DNA of 33,757 bases from Mesotaenium endlicherianum (taxonomy: Eukaryota): contig WELA01003449.1 in NCBI GenBank assembly GCA_009602735.1, positions 84,180 to 117,936 on the forward strand, given 5' to 3'. Below are positions 30,101 to 33,757 of this stretch, one piece after another. The first letter of the stretch is position 1. Each line of letters starts with the position of its first letter. The notes beneath the pieces were generated by a model. It was not told where the DNA came from. It was given only the letters and a program-made list of their open reading frames with translations, and ran no database searches. The translations under genes and the position numbers were made by a program.

Positions 30101-33100
30101 CAGTTCAGGGTTTTGAGTCTTTCAGGGAAGGTTATCTCCCTGACAAGGGTATAAGTATGCAGAGCAAGAAGAGCCAGAGGCAACGAGGCAGGTGTAGACA
30201 CCCTCACCTGGGTTTATAAGGCTCCGCTTAGGGTAAGAATGACGCATAAGGGTCAGGACTAGAGCTAGCGATGAAGCTCAGGGTTAGGATTTAGAGAGGG
30301 TGGAGTTTATTGAGGGCAAGGGTGGGGTTGAGGGAGGGTTGAAATCAGGATGAGGCACTCGGGCACCCTTCCCCCTTAATTAGATGGATGAGCGTTGGAG
30401 TTTTAGTATGCAACAACCTGATGTTGCCTTAGCTCATCCTGTGCATGTCAGCAGACTCTTCATGTTTATCTTGTGCGATTGCTAAAGCCCTTCTCCCCTC
30501 CGAGCACACCCCTGTTATGCCAGGAATTGCCAGACGGTGAAATCCTCAATGCCGAGCTTGCAGCCAAAAATAAAGAAAACCAGGGTGAACCTTGTGCAAT
30601 GGAAGTTGGGGGACGGGATACCGGGGGGTTGGAAAATTGACTCAGAATGTATCTAAGAGCAGAGCGCACAAATAGCAGATTGCCATGCTAGTCCGTGCAA
30701 CGGCTGGATGAGCTAGTGGCGCCAGCTGGCGACTTCGTGCACCAGGCGATCTGCAGGAAGCCAGGGCGTGTCGAGAGAAAGAGGCGCGCACGTGCGTTTA
30801 GAGACTTGCGGCCTCTCGACACAGGAGCCAGCGCCCGCGCGCACAAACGTATACGCGTGCATGCAGACGCGCGCACACACACAAGCATGCATGCGGGCAC
30901 GTGAGCCAGACGAGCCCGACGCAGAGGCCTCAAGCAGAGCTGTGGGCGCACGTGCGCGCACGCTTGCGTGGGCTCGTGCAATTGCCAGGTGGCAAAACCT
31001 CAAGAAGGAAGTGCACAGGCCCGTATTAGCGCCGCGGCGGGCCTGGCAATCTCGGCAGTCGGCGGCGGCCTCCTTGAGGAGAGGGGGCGCTCGTGCGCTT
31101 GCCAGGCGGCGCTCGTGCGCTTGCCAGGCGGCAAAGATTCCGAAATTCCGAGATTCTGGGAATCCAAGGCGTGAGCACGTGAGAGCGCGAGCGCGCAAGC
31201 GTGCACGCGCGGGCGAGTTGGACGAGCAGCGCTTGGCGCGCGCACGCACGTGAGCCAGACGAGATCGGTGGCGGCCTCGAGGAGCGGCGCGCGCTCGCGC
31301 GTGAGGAAGTCGGCGTCGCCCGCGTCCACCGTGACGGCGCCCAGCAGCAGGGGGTAAGCGGCGTACTTGAAGGGCGCCAGCTGGCGCGCGTGGCGCCGGA
31401 ACAGGATGCACTGCGCGCGCAGCAGCAGCAGTAGCCGCCACCTCTGCGGGCCCTGCAGCCCCTGCAGCCGCGACTGCGCATCCTTCCGGCCCCCCCAGGA
31501 GAGGAGATGAGAGGAGAAGGGAGGCAGGCCCCAGGAAACGAGAGGAGAGGAGGGAGAGGAGGGGAAGAGGAGAGGCGTCGAGAGAAGGACAGACGAGAAG
31601 ATTACGAGGGAGGATGTGAGAGGGGGGGGGGATGGGAGAAGCAAAGGGACGGCTGTTGACAGACAGGGGTTTGCAGACACGCGAGTACTCTTTCACACCC
31701 TCTTTCTTACACTTCTACGTGTTTGACGTCTTTTTGACTCTGACTGTCTCTGCACCCCTTCCCACCTGCAGGGACTGGGAGGTCTCCCGGGGCTCCTCCA
31801 TTCCTCACACTCATAACAAACGAAAACATATATACATACTATATGCTATCATATTGGATAGAAAAAATGATACAACATATAACATAAACTCACTATTGTG
31901 CATATGTTACATGCAGGCTACTTGTAGGCCTTCCAGAGCTCCTCAAGATTCCTCACACCCTTCGTTGCACTCATGTATACTGATATATGCTATCAAACAT
32001 TAAATTATACATCAACCTTACTACACACATGCATATGCCTACCTGCAGGCACTTGTAGGCCTTCTGGAGCTCCTCGAATTTCTCACGCCCCTCCGGGTTC
32101 TTGTCGGGGTGGAATTTGCGCGCCAGCTTGCGATACTGCCGCTTCAGCACCTCCTCGTCGAATGCTCCCCTGCCCCCCCGGTCTCTCCCCCCGCGACCTG
32201 GCAACGCGCAAGAGCGGAAGAGGGGAGCAGAAGGAGGCCGCAATCCATCCTCGTCAGCGTCTATGCAGCAGCTGGACAGGCGCAAGGTGGCGCCGGCATT
32301 CACGTCCGGCGTCAGCACGTGGGCACGCGTCAGTTGGGCCATGGTGATGACGCCAGTGGCGAACGTGGATGCGTCCGAAACATGTGCGTGCACAAGGAAG
32401 CCTCTACATTGATAGAACATACATGAATATGCACAGACGTGTATATTTATCTACACATGTACAAACATATTCACAAACATTGTATACACATATGTATATA
32501 TATATTTATTTATATGACGCAACATTCATGTCCACTGTTCCACACACATACAAATTATATAAATGCACATAAGTATATATATAAGTATATATTCATATAT
32601 ATGCATAGATACACAAGTATTACATGTATGTCAGTAGGTGGCTGAAGGCACGTGCACTTTTGCAATGACGCACACTCCCTGCATCCGCATCCGTTCAGTC
32701 GTACCCCCCACATACATTGTCAAAATGTTGCACAAAGCCAACCTGCAGACAGACTCGGAAAGGCAGAAGGGGAGGGGGAGACCATCGACGCGGAGGAGGA
32801 GGAGGAGGAGGAGATGGAGGAAGAGGAGCAGCAGGGCGAGAAGGACGAGGCAGGGGGGGGAGGGAGGGCGGGCGCCACCTGGCACGGGCCCCTTGTCGTT
32901 CAGTTGGATCTCCAGGATGGCACACGCCTCCTCCTCCGAGAGGTCCATGGGCCGCCGGGTGACCTCCTCACGCCACATGGCGAGCAGCGACTGGAGGAAC
33001 TCGACGTGCTCGACGATCGGCCAGTCGGGGAAGCGCGCCTCGTCGCACAGGTTGCGCAGGTAGTACCGGTGGCACCACATCTCGTCTGCCAGCTGGCGGT

Positions 33101-33188
33101 AGGTGACAGGTGGCATGGGGGCGTACTCGTAGAGCGCGTGCGTGCTCTGGGGCAGGCGGTGGGGGAAATCCCCCAGGTGCGAGCGCAC
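14261..33188 (-). CDS. GRV2: GRV2 / RME-8 / DNAJC13 endosomal J-domain protein; 5'-partial multi-exon gene
   Basis: 18 GT-AG exons with mutually consistent phases (5205 nt, open to the stop at 14261). Contains MWCHRYYLRNLCDE, a J-domain (LKRQYRKLARKFHPDKNPEGREKF), LETPQVIWN (IWN repeat), VGEVYLRVYNEQP, TETPELVWT, GGVYVRRFLKDPKYPLRNP and VWRAYKDQRHDLFLP, all typical of plant GRV2/RME-8. The 5' part lies beyond the window end. Confidence 0.95.
15923..15991 (-). CDS. GRV2: GRV2 exon (ILRALSADGAHAEKVLAHLNASP)
   Basis: 69-nt phase-0 exon matching the plant 'EGAHCSKVREIL'-type segment; GTGAG donor. Confidence 0.88.
16191..16534 (-). CDS. Malectin-like domain exon (receptor ectodomain, RLP4/LRR-I/CrRLK1L type), truncated at 'n' 16190
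   Basis: gacAG acceptor, strongly GC3-biased codons; MRTITRLDMGG, DLEGRTWKPD, PDFLPLRVLQTA and YHTARLH(F) match the malectin-like motifs R(L/I)NxGG, DRxWxxD, PxxVxQTA and YxVxLHF. Confidence 0.75.
16896..17027 (-). CDS. Malectin-like domain exon, non-GRV2, located within a GRV2 intron
   Basis: 132-nt phase-0 exon (tgcAG / GTGAGC): AYWAYSVANPAVPYFVEFSVPVYGSAIVVSLTAIKAAMHISAIE, resembling the 'EF...V......L...F....FISAIE(V)' end of the first malectin-like module. Confidence 0.7.
18572..18707 (-). CDS. GRV2: GRV2 exon (VGLVPVLLGLLDWRAG...MQWTEEEASVARVLSVQ)
   Basis: Conserved LLGLLDWR motif. Confidence 0.92.
18924..19057 (-). CDS. GRV2: GRV2 exon (VVALLVRAIGW...LALDTLQRIV...ARDALAAQALQ)
   Basis: Conserved block; GTGAGT donor. 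Confidence 0.9.
19902..20687 (-). CDS. GRV2: GRV2 exon (EEPQAGGVYVRRFLKDPKYPLRNP...RMRGSCLRVVHQLA)
   Basis: Conserved motifs separated by Ala/Gly/Gln/Glu runs. Confidence 0.9.
21316..21453 (-). CDS. GRV2: GRV2 exon (SQQLHSMLEQL...INWDLPDE...RGQ)
   Basis: WDLPD motif; CAG|GTATG donor. Confidence 0.85.
22039..22262 (-). CDS. GRV2: GRV2 exon (RAAAASLLGKLMAQPMHGPRV...TETPELVWTAAMASSL)
   Basis: Highly conserved block; the donor CTT|GTACAA is weak but in phase. Confidence 0.9.
22834..22946 (-). CDS. GRV2: GRV2 exon (QGVLRVLFSLAGTPEAAWATAKHAGCLYLLQLLLP)
   Basis: Conserved block, phase 2-1. Confidence 0.9.
23478..23710 (-). CDS. GRV2: GRV2 exon (SVLTANPGLASLL...LTAHAPCVAAMVAD...APHLR)
   Basis: Conserved helical-repeat block; GTATG donor. 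Confidence 0.9.
24204..24764 (-). CDS. GRV2: GRV2 exon (VGEVYLRVYNEQPDFEISDPESF...MALTSLQ)
   Basis: Conserved ends with a low-complexity middle, phase 0-0. Confidence 0.88.
26115..26258 (-). CDS. GRV2: GRV2 exon, IWN repeat (VIWNGAMRSEL...ALADEIQ)
   Basis: IWN motif characteristic of RME-8. Confidence 0.92.
26425..26490. repeat. Degenerate telomere-like (CCCTAAA/CCCTAA) tract in intron
   Basis: aaaccctaaccctaaaccctac and variants; related tracts at 3200-3240, 3346-3360, 21938-22027, 25235-25295 and 25815-25850. Confidence 0.7.
26501..26672 (-). CDS. GRV2: GRV2 exon (ALARLGG...ALLTPRLA...SNLETPQ)
   Basis: Conserved block; GTAAC donor. Confidence 0.9.
27198..27374 (-). CDS. GRV2: GRV2 exon (YLTELLLHFDSTAEE...ARNVHAMLAVR)
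   Basis: Conserved block, phase 2-2. Confidence 0.9.
28333..28478 (-). CDS. GRV2: GRV2 exon (LLPGLAMDIVHCTELE...LIRAGALW)
   Basis: Conserved DIVHCTELE motif; GTGAGT donor. Confidence 0.9.
29405..29645. repeat. Direct tandem duplication, 126-bp period, 2 copies
   Basis: caccacgcatcgttgagcaagtggaagcaatgtgggcccgg... starts at 29405 and again at 29531, differing by only a few substitutions. Confidence 0.92.
29679..29877 (-). CDS. GRV2: GRV2 exon (CVSSPLNGEELVRDGGVPLLAALLTRCM...RSDML)
   Basis: Conserved block, phase-consistent borders. Confidence 0.92.
31250..31473 (-). CDS. GRV2: GRV2 exon (SRLQGLQGPQRWRLLLLLRAQCILFRR...DLVWLT)
   Basis: Conserved block, phase-consistent borders. Confidence 0.92.
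31764..32094. repeat. Degenerate tandem triplication including the 3' end of the J-domain exon
   Basis: acctgcaggcacttgtaggccttctggagctcctcgaatttctcac (32041, real exon end) has decayed copies at about 31909 and 31764; the spacers share tatatgctatca and gcatatg. Confidence 0.75.
32043..32197 (-). CDS. GRV2: GRV2 exon, J-domain (HPD motif)
   Basis: DEEVLKRQYRKLARKFHPDKNPEGREKFEELQKAYKCLQ; 5' border chosen by phase, less certain. Confidence 0.88.
32879..33188 (-). CDS. GRV2: GRV2 exon (VRSHLGDFP...MWCHRYYLRNLCDE...EIQLNDKGPVP)
   Basis: Conserved RME-8 block; AG/GT borders. Confidence 0.93.
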
Positions 33189-33757
33189 CTGCAGACAGCA
33201 ACCAAAAGAAATTTCACGTCAGCGCTCTCTCCTTGTTTTATTAGAAAAGGTAAGACAAAATAAGATAAGATAAGATAAGAAAAGACAAGAAGAGGAGAGA
33301 AAATAATGAAAGAACACACACGTGGATACTTTAAGACTACGTCGGACGGCTTTGGAGTACTCCCAAGCAACGGGCAAAGACGAAATGGATGGCTGCAATG
33401 ACGAGGGCCACAACAAGGGCTACCTGAGCCCGCATCAGTTAGAAATCTAAGTTGCTAGTGCACAGGGCCAGCGAAAGAGTCCAGCATCTTATTATCAAAA
33501 GTGTCCGAAGCTGTCCTGTTGGAAATTGCAATGATATTTCACTTACTCGCACGCACACATGCGTGTTCACTGGTGAGAGAAACATGTGCGTGCACACATA
33601 CGCATGCATTTAGGGAGGTACGCCCCCCGGCGCATCACCAGCAGAAATGAAAGGGGACAGAGACCAACAAAAACAATGAAGGGGTTCGTAAACAAGCAAC
33701 CTGCTCTTGGGGATATAAAGTTGGCCAGTCGAAGGTTGGAGGTGAAGGGTGGGGGGG

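Noticed and set aside
29405..32094. Spaced repeats as a CRISPR-like array
   Set aside because: Eukaryotic introns, only 2-3 copies, no unique spacers of constant length and no cas genes
33422..33445. Possible upstream GRV2 exon ending ATGCGGGCTCAG|GTAG
   Set aside because: No convincing acceptor that keeps the frame open; does not match the expected IIWT-containing segment

Overview
Eukaryotic, GC-rich, intron-dense genomic DNA with many assembly gaps, most of them flanked by poly-C/G runs. Land-plant-like proteins and intron positions plus TTTAGGG-like tracts suggest a streptophyte, probably a streptophyte green alga (inference). Two convergent multi-exon genes dominate. On + is the 3' part of a group IV calcium-dependent protein kinase (CPK16/18/28-like; 7 visible exons, 678-7883, some exons lost in N gaps). 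On - is the 3' part of GRV2/RME-8/DNAJC13 (18 exons, 33188-14261, which splice into one open frame of 1735 codons including the stop). Between them lies a more AT-rich island of about 6 kb carrying an intronless 109-aa secreted peptide gene (11729-12058, -) with a signal peptide, 8 mature Cys in a spacing I do not recognise, a TATA box and a strong start context. This is the best novelty candidate. Inside the longest GRV2 intron sit two same-strand, phase-0 exons of a malectin-like receptor ectodomain, cut off at a single 'n'; this is either a nested/captured gene fragment or an assembly chimera. Smaller oddities: degenerate 'echo' copies of exon ends plus donor sites in introns, a recurrent G-rich GGGCGGCAG splice acceptor, intronic telomere-like tracts and a long low-complexity GRV2 C-terminal tail.
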